From a virus: a DNA stretch of 54,387 bases. Every line of letters begins with the position of its first letter. Position 1 is the first letter of the stretch. The notes under the pieces are model-generated. The model had not been told where the DNA came from. It saw nothing but the letters and a program-made list of their open reading frames with translations, and did not search any database. Both the position numbers and the translations under genes were made by a program. Location of the stretch: IMG/VR virus record IMGVR_UViG_3300010273_000001, positions 1 through 54,387 of that record; one strand, 5' to 3'. Shown here one piece after another: positions 13,189-23,400 of this stretch.

Positions 13189-14965
13189 AGGGATTGATTA
13201 TGAGAGGACGATATTCAATCCGCGATGGTTCATGGAGAATTTACTTTACATAGTAGACAAGGCGGGGCGGACGATACCGTTCAAGTTCAACCGGGAACAA
13301 AGGCGTCTGATGGAGCATATAGAATTTTGTTTAGCGAACGACATACCGATAAGGATAATTTTATTAAAGGCGCGGCAAATAGGGGCGACGACATTTTTCA
13401 CGGGATTAGGTTTTTGGTGGGCGGCGATGAATCGGAACACCAATTATGGGATAGTAGCGCATCGATTGGATTCGGCGCAGAGCATATTCGACAAGACGAA
13501 GATGTTTTATAATTTTTTACCGAGGGAATTACGGCCGTCGACGATTCAATTTTCGAGCGAGGCGATCAAGTTTGACAAGAAAGACGGGACGGGAATAAAC
13601 TCGATGATACAATTCGCGACGGCGGGAGAGGGGGTATTTCGGGGGCAGACCTTGAGATATTTACACAAATCGGAGAGTGCGTTTTGGGACGGGGATATTG
13701 ATTTAATCAACAGCTCATTAGCGCCTACTGTTCCTGATGTGCCGGGGACGATAATAGTGAACGAATCGACGGCGAACGGGTATAATCATTTCAAGGAAGA
13801 ATGGGACAGGGCGGTGCGAGGGGAGAGTGGATATACGCCGTTTTTCTTTGGATGGCAAGATCATGAGGAATATCGATTGGAGGTTCCGTATGGTTTTGAA
13901 CTGACGGAAGAAGAGACGAGGCTGAAGGAGAGGTTCAATCTAACGGACGAGCAGATTGCTTGGCGGCGGAAGAAAATATCGGATGATTACCATGGGAACG
14001 AGTTATATTTTCAGCAGGAATATCCGATGACTCCGGAAGAGGCGTTTCTCGCTAGTGGGGCGGGGGTATTTGACGCTAAGACAATCAAGGCGGGATATGA
14101 GTCGAGCAAAGAGCCGAAGTTAAAGAAAGAGATCAAGAGTTATATAACGCCGGAGAAACTGTTGATATGGGAAGAGCCGCAAGAGATGGTAGAAGAAATA
14201 CGGTCGAAGAAGGCGGTATGGTCGGTCGAGAAACAAGCGTATGAGTATGAGGAAACGGATTTGGTGCTTGAGACAATCAAGAAGAAAGTGCCGTATACAA
14301 TCGGGATAGATACAGCGGGATTAGGCAAGGATTGGAATCAGATTGTGGTGATTAACAATTTGACGAAGAAATATGCGGCGCGATTTGGGCAGAAGGACAT
14401 ACCGGAGGATGCGCTTGCGGATATAGCGATAGAGATAGCGGAATATTACAATAATGCAATGATAGCGCCGGAGACTAACTTTTCGAAGGAGATATGCAAT
14501 TATATTTTAAAGCCGAAGTTTGACGAAAACGGGGAGAAGATAAGAGACGGGTATAAAAACGTATATATGACGGAGAACTTGGCGAAAACGAAAAAAATCA
14601 GCGTCGGGGGGGGCGTGGAATACGGTTGGAAAACAACGGGGAGCACGAAAGCCCCGATGATTTCGGCATTAAGGGCGCTTTTGAAGGAACATCCGGAACT
14701 TATTGAAGATAGGGAATTTTGGTATCAAGCGGAATATTTTTTGATAACGGACATTGCGAAGAACAAGATGGAGGCGGCGGGCGGACATTTTGACGATATA
14801 ATAATAGCGGCGGCGATAGCGCATTATGTATCGTGCAGTTTTCAAGCGCCGCAAACGCCGATAATATTCAAGGAGGAGAAAGCGCAAAAAAGCGGTTGGA
14901 TAAACGGGATATACATACCAAAGAAAAAAAAGTTGAGAAAGGGGATTTATAAGAATCATGCGTAA
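13166..14965 (+). CDS. terL: terminase large subunit
   Basis: Walker-A-like LKARQIGATT, followed by VNESTANGYNHF and the nuclease-region GIDTAGLGKDW. GTG start with SD GAGGGGG. Confidence 0.9.
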   Translation: MPKEKMFEGIDYERTIFNPRWFMENLLYIVDKAGRTIPFKFNREQRRLMEHIEFCLANDIPIRIILLKARQIGATTFFTGLGFWWAAMNRNTNYGIVAHRLDSAQSIFDKTKMFYNFLPRELRPSTIQFSSEAIKFDKKDGTGINSMIQFATAGEGVFRGQTLRYLHKSESAFWDGDIDLINSSLAPTVPDVPGTIIVNESTANGYNHFKEEWDRAVRGESGYTPFFFGWQDHEEYRLEVPYGFELTEEETRLKERFNLTDEQIAWRRKKISDDYHGNELYFQQEYPMTPEEAFLASGAGVFDAKTIKAGYESSKEPKLKKEIKSYITPEKLLIWEEPQEMVEEIRSKKAVWSVEKQAYEYEETDLVLETIKKKVPYTIGIDTAGLGKDWNQIVVINNLTKKYAARFGQKDIPEDALADIAIEIAEYYNNAMIAPETNFSKEICNYILKPKFDENGEKIRDGYKNVYMTENLAKTKKISVGGGVEYGWKTTGSTKAPMISALRALLKEHPELIEDREFWYQAEYFLITDIAKNKMEAAGGHFDDIIIAAAIAHYVSCSFQAPQTPIIFKEEKAQKSGWINGIYIPKKKKLRKGIYKNHA

Positions 14966-15188
14966 ATGGTTGATGAAGGTATTCGGTATTCCGGAGGACA
15001 TAGAGACGAGGATCGGAATATTGGTTGAGGAGAACAGGAAATTACGGGCGAGAGTTGAGGCTCTCGAGCAGTTTTTAGAGCCGGTAAAAGGGTATATAAA
15101 ATCGACACCGATGAGGGAAGATATTGAGAGAAAAAAGCGGATGTTACGGGGGTATCCGGATCAACCGCCGAAAAAGAGGGATGAATAA
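14958..15188 (+). CDS. hypothetical coiled-coil protein (76 aa)
   Basis: ORF between terL and portal; weak SD. Confidence 0.5.
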   Translation: MRKWLMKVFGIPEDIETRIGILVEENRKLRARVEALEQFLEPVKGYIKSTPMREDIERKKRMLRGYPDQPPKKRDE

Positions 15189-15190
15189 TA

Positions 15191-17113
15191 ATGGCAGAAT
15201 TAGAGCAAGAAAGAAAGGTATCGGAAGAAACTGAGGTTTATAGGCAGTTTACGACGGGGACGGCATTTAAGCATAGTATCAATTTGTTTCAAGAAGTCGC
15301 CCGGGCAACGCTTTTCGAGAACGGCTTTCAATGGGTAATGGATGAGGAACTTGATGATTATTCGAAGATAACTCTGAATGTTATAAAACTTATAGGGAAA
15401 ACCAACAAGAGCCATATTTTGCAGAATGAATACGGCTATTTGGTGAATTCGACGAATTATAAAGATATTCGGAAGATACAGGACTTTTTGAAATATCTTT
15501 CCCAGAGCATGAATTTACGCCGGCTAGATTTAAAGATGCTTGCAGATGATTATACTAAAGGAACGGCTATTATGATGTTCTATTGGGATTTGGATAGAAG
15601 GAATTATTTAAGCAATAAAAAGGGATGTCTTCGAGCGGCGGTTATAGATATACGGCGTTTTGTTGTAGCCGATCCGTATAATCAAGACCTACAAGATCAA
15701 GAGTGGGTAATTTACAATACCGAAGTAAAAATCGGGGCGCTTAAGAAAAAATACGGCGAAGAAAAATGTCGGCATGTTGTTCCGGACGGCAAACTTTATA
15801 CGAAAGACACGGAAAAGACGGTCGGGGCGGATTATTATGACGATGAACTTGTCAATGTTTATGTCAAGTTTTATCGGAATGAAGATGGGGAAGTGCTTTA
15901 CACGGTTGCTACGCAAACGGCCGTGCTTGTAGAAGGCGAGGCAATGAATCCGTATTATTGGCCGAAGAATGTTGAGCCTACTCCGGAAACGATGGAACTT
16001 CATGAGAAAAAGACTAAAGATAAGCGCAATAAACGGGTGTGGAATCTTTATCCGTTCGTTCGGCTATGTCTTAACGAAAGAGATAATTGTTTTTACGGAT
16101 ATCCGATAGCCCTTGAATATGTTGAGGCGCAAAAGTCGATTAATAATCATTTTGCGGTTTATGACAAGGCATTGCAGGATAATGTTCTTGGCGGATTTGT
16201 TTTCAAGAAAGGTTTATTTGGGTCGCAGGAGATTACAACGGATAATGGCCAGATACTTGAAGCAGAAGGGCTTGCGCCGGGGGAAAGAATACAAGATGTA
16301 TTTACGAGATTTCCGTCGGCTCAGGTTCCTGCAGATTCGGTTAGGTATTCGCAAGCCTTGGTTGAGGCGATTCGGTCTGTTGCCGGTGCTTCAAACGTGC
16401 AGATAGGCATGAGCGATTATGCCGGACAAAGCGGCAAGCAAACGGAACTTTTGATACAACGGGCGAAAGAGAATTCTTCGATAAACGCGATACTTTTCAA
16501 CGAATATAAACGCGATCAAGCGTATATAATGTTTCTGTTCGCGATGTTTTATTATGAGCATGAGAATTTCATTATAACCGAGCATGGTTATGAAGAGGAC
16601 AATTCGCGCCCTTATATGAACGAGAACTCGTTTAACGGGCCGGATTATATTGATGACGATGTGATTATTGATATTCGGGTTGGCCCGGCCCCGTCGTTTA
16701 GTGAATATGCGAATATTGAGGTTATCGGTCTGGCGGTTCAATCGGGGCAAGTGCCGTTTGAGGCTTACCTTAAAATGTTGCCGGACGGGATGATTTCTAA
16801 TAGGCAAGAGATTCTTCGGAAGGTTCAAGAATATGATGCTGTAAAACAGAAGATTAGAAATCTTGAATTTCAGAACGAACAATTAAAACTTGTCATCGAG
16901 CAAATGACGAAGGCTTATGAAGATGTGAAGAAGGATCGGGCTAATATTGATTTGCTTATTCGGGAGAACGATAATTTGAAACGAATGTTGGCGGATGTTT
17001 CCGCAAAAGCGGTGCAAGAAAAGCAAGAATTATCCGAGCAAATAAAACAAATGGCTGCAGAAAGTCAAAGAATTTTGCAAATTTTTAGCAAAAATAATAA
17101 TCGGAAAATATAA
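15191..17113 (+). CDS. portal protein (candidate)
   Basis: 640-aa ORF directly after terL with a long C-terminal coiled coil. Call is based on position and size; no motif was checked against a database. Confidence 0.65.
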   Translation: MAELEQERKVSEETEVYRQFTTGTAFKHSINLFQEVARATLFENGFQWVMDEELDDYSKITLNVIKLIGKTNKSHILQNEYGYLVNSTNYKDIRKIQDFLKYLSQSMNLRRLDLKMLADDYTKGTAIMMFYWDLDRRNYLSNKKGCLRAAVIDIRRFVVADPYNQDLQDQEWVIYNTEVKIGALKKKYGEEKCRHVVPDGKLYTKDTEKTVGADYYDDELVNVYVKFYRNEDGEVLYTVATQTAVLVEGEAMNPYYWPKNVEPTPETMELHEKKTKDKRNKRVWNLYPFVRLCLNERDNCFYGYPIALEYVEAQKSINNHFAVYDKALQDNVLGGFVFKKGLFGSQEITTDNGQILEAEGLAPGERIQDVFTRFPSAQVPADSVRYSQALVEAIRSVAGASNVQIGMSDYAGQSGKQTELLIQRAKENSSINAILFNEYKRDQAYIMFLFAMFYYEHENFIITEHGYEEDNSRPYMNENSFNGPDYIDDDVIIDIRVGPAPSFSEYANIEVIGLAVQSGQVPFEAYLKMLPDGMISNRQEILRKVQEYDAVKQKIRNLEFQNEQLKLVIEQMTKAYEDVKKDRANIDLLIRENDNLKRMLADVSAKAVQEKQELSEQIKQMAAESQRILQIFSKNNNRKI

Positions 17114-17131
17114 AAAAAATGTTAGAAAAAT

Positions 17132-17160
17132 TTGACAATTTTTTAAAAAAATAATATAAT
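17132..17160 (+). promoter_or_regulatory. consensus promoter TTGACA-17-TATAAT ahead of the scaffold/capsid genes
   Basis: TTGACA at 17132..17137 and TATAAT at 17155..17160 with exact 17-nt spacing. Confidence 0.6.
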
Positions 17161-17238
17161 TAATACAGAAAGTCGTGTTGCTGGCAGCGTTAAGCCAGTG
17201 TCGCGTCTCGGCGTTAAGAGAAAGGAGTGTAAAAATTA

Positions 17239-17892
17239 ATGAACGACAAAGAACTGTTTAAAGATTTGCTGGACTTGGAAGATGACTTCGACGAGGATGA
17301 CAATGAGGATGAAAGCCTCGAAGAAGAGGAAGAGAAAGCCGAGGAAAGCAAAGACGAAAAGGAATCTGCCGGCGAATCCGAAGAGGAAAAGCGGAGGAAG
17401 GAAGAAGAACAGCGTCGAAAGAATAAAAATGCCGAAGAAGCAAGGAAACGGCGCGAAAGAGAAGCCAAACAAAAGAAAGACGAAGCAAAAATCAACGAGA
17501 TTGGCAGGCAGATCGAGGAATGCAAGAAGAAATATCCTAACTTGGATATTGCGGCTTTGGATAAAGATGAAAACTTTAAAAAATTTATTGACGGAAAATT
17601 GCTCGGGAAAAAGAATTTCACGGAACTTTATGAGGATTACATCAAGCTTCGCGGCTCTTTAAGCGCGAAATCGGAGGAAGAAGTTATGCAAGATTATCTG
17701 CTGAAAAGCCGGGCAAGCGGCGGGACATACATTGCCGGCGGTAGCGGCGGTGGTGGCCGGCCGGCCGATATTTACAGCCCAGAAGAATTAGCGCGGCTTG
17801 AAGAAAAGATTCCGTTTATGTCTGCTTCCGAGTATGACCGCATAGCCGATAAGTTAGAGAAGAGTCTTGCATTCTACGAAAAGAAAAGATAA
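17239..17892 (+). CDS. scaffolding-like protein (charged, helical)
   Basis: Highly charged E/K-rich 217-aa ORF between the portal and capsid candidates. SD GAAAGGAG. Confidence 0.55.
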   Translation: MNDKELFKDLLDLEDDFDEDDNEDESLEEEEEKAEESKDEKESAGESEEEKRRKEEEQRRKNKNAEEARKRREREAKQKKDEAKINEIGRQIEECKKKYPNLDIAALDKDENFKKFIDGKLLGKKNFTELYEDYIKLRGSLSAKSEEEVMQDYLLKSRASGGTYIAGGSGGGGRPADIYSPEELARLEEKIPFMSASEYDRIADKLEKSLAFYEKKR

Positions 17893-17922
17893 GAATTAAT
17901 TTTTTACGAAAGGGTGAGTGCT

Positions 17923-18861
17923 ATGCCTAATACTGCAAATGTTAGATTACCAATGTTATCGCAGAAGATATACAAAGAATGGTTGGCTGAAACCATCCTT
18001 GTTCAGTCTTGCGATAATTCTTTTGAGGGTGAATTTGATATTGCGAACAGGGAAATTGACATCCCAGTTTACCATGACTTATCGATTCACCAGACGACAA
18101 TTAAAGAACACGAATTGAAACCGGCGCCGATTGAATTCGTTCGGACTTCCACGAAACGTGTAACGATTGATAAGGGTCGTTATTCGCACTGGGGCGAAAC
18201 GAATATCGGCAAGTTGATTAACAAGTTGACTGCAAACACGGGCGAAATTCGCACGAGATTAGCAAAGAAATGGGCTCTGGCGGCCGACATCGAACTGGCT
18301 ATATTTTGTGCTAAACTTCCGAAGAGGCAGGAGATTGATTTGATTACGCTTCTGACCGATGAGGAGACTAATCCTGATGGAGAATTGAGACCGGATAATG
18401 TTGTTAAAGCGTTTGACATTTTGAAGGCGCATGTTACCTCTAAAAATATGACGGTATCCGATTTCAAATTATTTGCTTCGGAAAGATTGGAAGGTATTTT
18501 GCGCGACGCGAAGATTGTTCTTGGTAGCAATCTTGATGCTAATGAGGCTTTTAGAAAAGGTTTTGTCGCTTATGCTAACGGAATTGATGTCCGCAAGCAT
18601 GAGATTGCTGAAATTACTACTCGTGATCCTAATACCAAACTTGTTGAGGCGGAGTGGGCGATTTGGAAAACCAGAGATGGGATTCAATATGTTGTTCCTT
18701 ATAAGAACACTGTTCAGTATGATATTTCCCCGTCCGAAGTCTTGATGGGGGGCAAAGGTTATCAGTCTCTTGAATACTATGATTTTTTCAACCTTTATCC
18801 CGGTCGTTTGTATAAAGTAAAAATCCGGTATACCAAAGGCTTTAATCCGCCGGTGTTATAG
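17923..18861 (+). CDS. major capsid protein (candidate)
   Basis: 312-aa ORF after the scaffold-like gene. SD AAAGGGTGA precedes the ATG at 17923. Call is positional. Confidence 0.6.
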   Translation: MPNTANVRLPMLSQKIYKEWLAETILVQSCDNSFEGEFDIANREIDIPVYHDLSIHQTTIKEHELKPAPIEFVRTSTKRVTIDKGRYSHWGETNIGKLINKLTANTGEIRTRLAKKWALAADIELAIFCAKLPKRQEIDLITLLTDEETNPDGELRPDNVVKAFDILKAHVTSKNMTVSDFKLFASERLEGILRDAKIVLGSNLDANEAFRKGFVAYANGIDVRKHEIAEITTRDPNTKLVEAEWAIWKTRDGIQYVVPYKNTVQYDISPSEVLMGGKGYQSLEYYDFFNLYPGRLYKVKIRYTKGFNPPVL

Positions 18862-18878
18862 AGAGAGGAGAGAGATAA

Positions 18879-19415
18879 ATGTCTTTTATCAATATTAAAT
18901 TGAATATTCATCAGCCCGGCATTGACGGAGTTACTGATGAGATTGTTTTCACCAAGATTCAAGAATCGGGAGATGTATTGAGAATCCCGAGACGTTATCC
19001 GTTTGTTGACATTGCGAATTATCAGCAGTTGCGTGAAAGAGGGTATTTCCGTCATGCTACTACGGAAGTTTCCCGTGAATTAGGCGGATCTGATGTGTCG
19101 AATACAGAAGGCAAATTGGGTTTCCAGCTCCCGCCTACGGAAAAATTGATTTTGCTTGTCAAGAGAACTGGGGTTGCCGGGACTGGAACACCTGCGCAAG
19201 AATTTCGGATCTCTAATTCTCATTTGCATCAAGCTGATCCGGTCGTTGTTAGTTGGCCGGCCGATTCGCAATTTACACAAGGCGTAAAACTCTATGAGAT
19301 TGATTTGTATAACTTCGGCTTGTATATCGATAATACTGTTTACCCTGAAGAACAGGGGATACAAATTATAGCGGATAAAGGTCTGGAGTTTGCCTTGATT
19401 GCAAGAATGGGGTAA
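18879..19415 (+). CDS. hypothetical virion protein (178 aa)
   Basis: SD GAGAGGAGAG; followed by a strong hairpin. Confidence 0.6.
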   Translation: MSFINIKLNIHQPGIDGVTDEIVFTKIQESGDVLRIPRRYPFVDIANYQQLRERGYFRHATTEVSRELGGSDVSNTEGKLGFQLPPTEKLILLVKRTGVAGTGTPAQEFRISNSHLHQADPVVVSWPADSQFTQGVKLYEIDLYNFGLYIDNTVYPEEQGIQIIADKGLEFALIARMG

Positions 19416-19423
19416 AAGAAAAA

Positions 19424-19453
19424 AAGGCGTCGCTCTGCGGCGCCTTATGTTTT
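19424..19453 (+). terminator. hairpin terminator/attenuator after the capsid block
   Basis: AAGGCGTCGC-TCT-GCGGCGCCTT (10 bp including one G-U) followed by ATGTTTT. Confidence 0.5.
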
Positions 19454-19467
19454 AAAGGAGAGGTAGA

Positions 19468-19803
19468 ATGAGTAAATTGTATGAGGTTGAAATAAAATCG
19501 TTGGCTTTGTTGCGCGAGGGAAAAAAAAGTTTGATTACTTATTTTCGAGGTGGCCCGACAGAACTTATCGCTTCCAACGTGCGCTATCTTTATCCGCAAT
19601 ATACTAAAGAAGAAGATCAGCCGGTTGTCGATATAACACCTATTTCTAAAAAAGAATTCCGCCGGCGCAAAAGAGGGAAACAGATTAAACAAAAGAGACA
19701 ATTGGTTTCTACAAGCGGATTTATTTTAAATGAGGTGGATGATTTAGATGAAATTATGGGAGATCAAGGCACAGAGTCTGAAACTGATGTTTGCGGACAG
19801 TGA
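19468..19803 (+). CDS. hypothetical protein (111 aa)
   Basis: SD AAAGGAGAGG upstream of the ATG. Confidence 0.6.
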   Translation: MSKLYEVEIKSLALLREGKKSLITYFRGGPTELIASNVRYLYPQYTKEEDQPVVDITPISKKEFRRRKRGKQIKQKRQLVSTSGFILNEVDDLDEIMGDQGTESETDVCGQ

Positions 19804-20446
19804 ACTCGAATTTTCGGAGGACGAATTTGCCGAAGGCAGTGTTTATGACAATTCCAATACCCGAGAAAAACTTGTCCGAATGGAAGATAGCATAAGACGG
19901 GGTATTGATTTATATTATGTTTATGTCGGTGTTCCGATTTTGACAGCTGAATTTCAGCTTATGACCGAAAATGTAGACAGGGGCATTAAGTATATCAATA
20001 AAATTTCGGTGGCAAATAAAATTGATTTCGGAGAACCGCTTAAAATAGAAGTTTTTAATTATATCGAAAGAAACGGCGAACTTGTTTTATATCCGATTAT
20101 TGATACTGTTAGTTTTGTTTATAATCCGCTTGCGAAAGAAATATGGTTTTATGACAACGATTTTACTAGGTTTGAAGATAGAGTAGTTTTCCGCATCTGG
20201 TATAAGATGAAAAAACTCAATATACCTCCTGATGCAAACGAGATGGAATTCGATCTTGATTCAATTTACATTCCGGAAGGAGTGCAAAGAATGTTGCCCT
20301 ATTTTGTGAAAGGCGAGGTTTATGAAGAAGATGAGCCGGTATTTGCCAGACAAGCTCGTGATGAGTATATTCGTTACTTGATTTCGTTGCCGAAACATTA
20401 TAGCCGTGTTCAGACCAAAGTAAAAAGGTCAAAAGTTTTTAGGTGA
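19748..20446 (+). CDS. hypothetical structural-module protein (232 aa)
   Basis: SD GAGGTGG upstream; overlaps the preceding ORF by 56 nt. Confidence 0.6.
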   Translation: MKLWEIKAQSLKLMFADSELEFSEDEFAEGSVYDNSNTREKLVRMEDSIRRGIDLYYVYVGVPILTAEFQLMTENVDRGIKYINKISVANKIDFGEPLKIEVFNYIERNGELVLYPIIDTVSFVYNPLAKEIWFYDNDFTRFEDRVVFRIWYKMKKLNIPPDANEMEFDLDSIYIPEGVQRMLPYFVKGEVYEEDEPVFARQARDEYIRYLISLPKHYSRVQTKVKRSKVFR

Positions 20447-20450
20447 TGCT

Positions 20451-23400
20451 ATGAAAGAAAGACGCGTGTTTTCTTTTTCTAATTTCCGTGGACTAGATCG
20501 AGAACATAAACCGCTTATGGTTCACCCTTCGAGAGCAACGAATGGAATAAATTTTCAGATAGATGGTGGCACCCTTAAAACTCGCCCCGCTGTTAAATTT
20601 AAGCGTGCGCCAATCTTTAGCCTTGATGAAGATGATTTCATCATTGATTGGTATGATTTCCGCGGCATTTATGTTTATGTAACAAAAAAACATATTTATA
20701 TTGAAAATGCGGAAAAACAAGAGTATTTCAATGAAACAATGGAAAACTCAAAGTTAATTCATCCGAAATTTCCTACATTTAATTTTTCTGGATTTACTCC
20801 GGTTTTTCAAGAAGAAAAAGAAGTGTTATTTATTTTCGGATTGGATGGAAACATATTTATATTTTCGGTATTATCTGACGGCAAATATGTTCTTTATGAA
20901 CTTCGTAATAAACCTTCCAATCCATATTCTGCTGAACAGGAACCTTTTTATACCGAGTATGAGAATCTGCCTATTCCCTACGAACCGACAATTTTTATAG
21001 GGGAAAATCGTTTCGAAGATGTCAATCTGCTTTCAAAAGTTACGAAATATCGGTTGTTTGCTTCGACAAAAGATTTCGACGATGGCGGAAGGATTTTATA
21101 TAGGTTACCTACGCATTATGATCCGGAAAAACACGGTGAATATGACGAAGAGGTAACGATATACAAGAATAAATTTTCGGATTTTACGGTTGTTCCGGTA
21201 TTTTTAGGGCGGCAAGGAGAGGATTTTGAAGAGGATTTTGAGGAATTTGATCCGCCTGCTACCCTTTATAACAATACTCCTTTTGAGATTCAGAATGTTT
21301 TTACTCCGGCAAATGATTTTGAATATCGCAAGGATGGGACGGATATAACGCCGATTTCTGAAATTCTGGGGTTGGATAAAAACACATTCTTTAATTTTAA
21401 AGAAAAAAATCTTAATATGAATGTGTTTGAACTTCTGATAAATATTATCCGAAGCGAGGGACAGAAATTTGATAGTAATAAGATAGTTGTTTTCAAATTG
21501 CCGGTAAGATATAAAGCTGTTTACCGGGATGCAAATAATAATTATATCATCGAATCTTCGATGAAACAAAGCGATTTTTTGATTTATGTTTTATTGCAAA
21601 AATATTCCGGTTTTTTAGAAGACCCGGATGTATATACCAGCTCGATGAAAGTAACGGATCTTTCAAAGGAAGATTATCCGGAGTATCCGGCAGTTTTAGG
21701 AACTTATGATGATATAGTAGTTTTGCCCGGTTCGCCTTTCAAAGTGTCGTTTTTCTCGCAGCTTGATTTTCAATCAAGTGCTATGCAATATCTTTGGCAG
21801 AATAAAGAAGATTTTACTCCGGGGCAACGGATTCGGGTAAATGCTAGATTTTATGAAGAATATGAGATCCCTCATCCGAATAAGATTGAGATAGATTGGA
21901 TGTCTATCAACGATCATTTAGGCGATTACGTTTCGGAAGAAGTAGTAGTTGAGCCGTTCGATACAGACACTTACCCGGATTATCCGCCTGATCCAGACGT
22001 TTATACTACGGTTATTGAGTTGTCTTCGCCTATTGAGACAAGTGATATTGATTTCCATGGGGATGGGCATAAGGGTACCACGCGAGATATTGAAGAAGCA
22101 ATTGAATGGTATTTCTTGTCTAACAAAGATGAATTCCAGGATTCCGGAGAGGCTTTATTTAAAATCAGAGTTTTTGAGCGCAATCTGGACGATCAAGGCG
22201 GAACTTTCCCTCGTGGAGTGAGTGCCGTAATACCGGTCTCTTATGAAAAGGCTTGGGTAGAAAAATATCAAAACCGGTATTCCGCTTCTTGTTTGATTTC
22301 TTTTCAAGTAGAAGCAATCGAACCGGGAATGTATGAATTTCGTTTTAATGAGGTAGATCATGTTTTCGAACTCCGGATAAAAGATTATTATTTCGATTAT
22401 AACAATGAGCCGAGTATTGAGGTAAAGGTCACTTTCGATAAAAATCCGGAATATGAACTTGTTTCTAAATGCCGATTTGGAATAACGTTTGGGAGTGAAA
22501 ATCGTTTGTTTTTAGCCGGCCATCCAGAATATCCAAATATTGACCGGTATAATGTATCAAATGATTTGCTTTCGGATAGGGTTGGTAATCAAAGTTATGA
22601 ATTATCATATTTCCCCTCGAGGAATCGCAGGGTTGTTGGTGGCCCGGGGGCAATAAACGGCTATGTTGTTGCTACCGATACGCATTTATATATAACTAAA
22701 GAAGATTACCCGAATGATCAGAAGTTATTTGTCCGGGAGAGAATTCTCGATGAAAATGGCGTTGTCGGTTATAAAGAATATAAGACAAGTGTTGGCAAAA
22801 CGCCCTTAAATCATCGTTGCATTGTCCGGTTTTTTAACGATATTCTTATGCTCGCCAAAGACGGATTATACGGAATAGAGATTTCTGGTAATATCCTTGT
22901 AAACGAGCGGCTTATTAAACCGCGAAGTTTGCTGATAGATAAAGATTTATCCGAAAAAATCAAGAAGTATGACAAACACAAAATTTATATAGCAGAGAAT
23001 AATCAGCAGTTGTATATTTTTATTGGCAAGACTGTATTTGTTGCAGATGTTAAATATGTTTTTGTAGATGAACACGATCCGTATGAATTCAAGACTTATG
23101 AAATGGTAGAATGGGAGTTGCCGTTTGAGACGCGTTATGCAAAGTTTTTATCCGATGATTTCTTTATGCTTGACGATAACGGGAAAATTTTCTATCATTT
23201 CGAGGAAGATAGCAATGATGATTTGGCGTTGAAACTCTTTCAGTCTGTTTCCTTGTTTGGCGATTTTGCTTTCCTTGCTACGCAAGAAACAGATGAATTT
23301 ATTGAAAAAAATAAAATTATCCGGTTTATATTTTCGGAGATTTACGGAAGTTTTGCTAAAGAAGGCACCGATTTTGTAATCGAGGACGGAGTCGTTTATA

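Noticed and set aside
17161-17238. Possible tRNA or other small RNA gene in the GC-rich leader, and likewise in 47068..47228.
   Set aside because: I could not draw a cloverleaf. There is no acceptor/T-arm pairing and no GTTCRANNC T-loop flanked by a 5-bp stem. The lengths and contexts fit mRNA leaders or spacers.
17214-17621. A 135-aa Ser/Phe-rich ORF, and others, antisense to or frame-shifted within the scaffold-like gene.
   Set aside because: These are mirror images of the E/K-rich GAA/AAG repeats of the sense gene. They have no SD and are low-complexity.
19748-19803. The 56-nt overlap between 19468..19803 and 19748..20446 as a programmed frameshift site.
   Set aside because: No slippery heptamer (XXXYYYZ) is visible in the overlap, and the downstream ORF has its own SD (GAGGTGG) and ATG.
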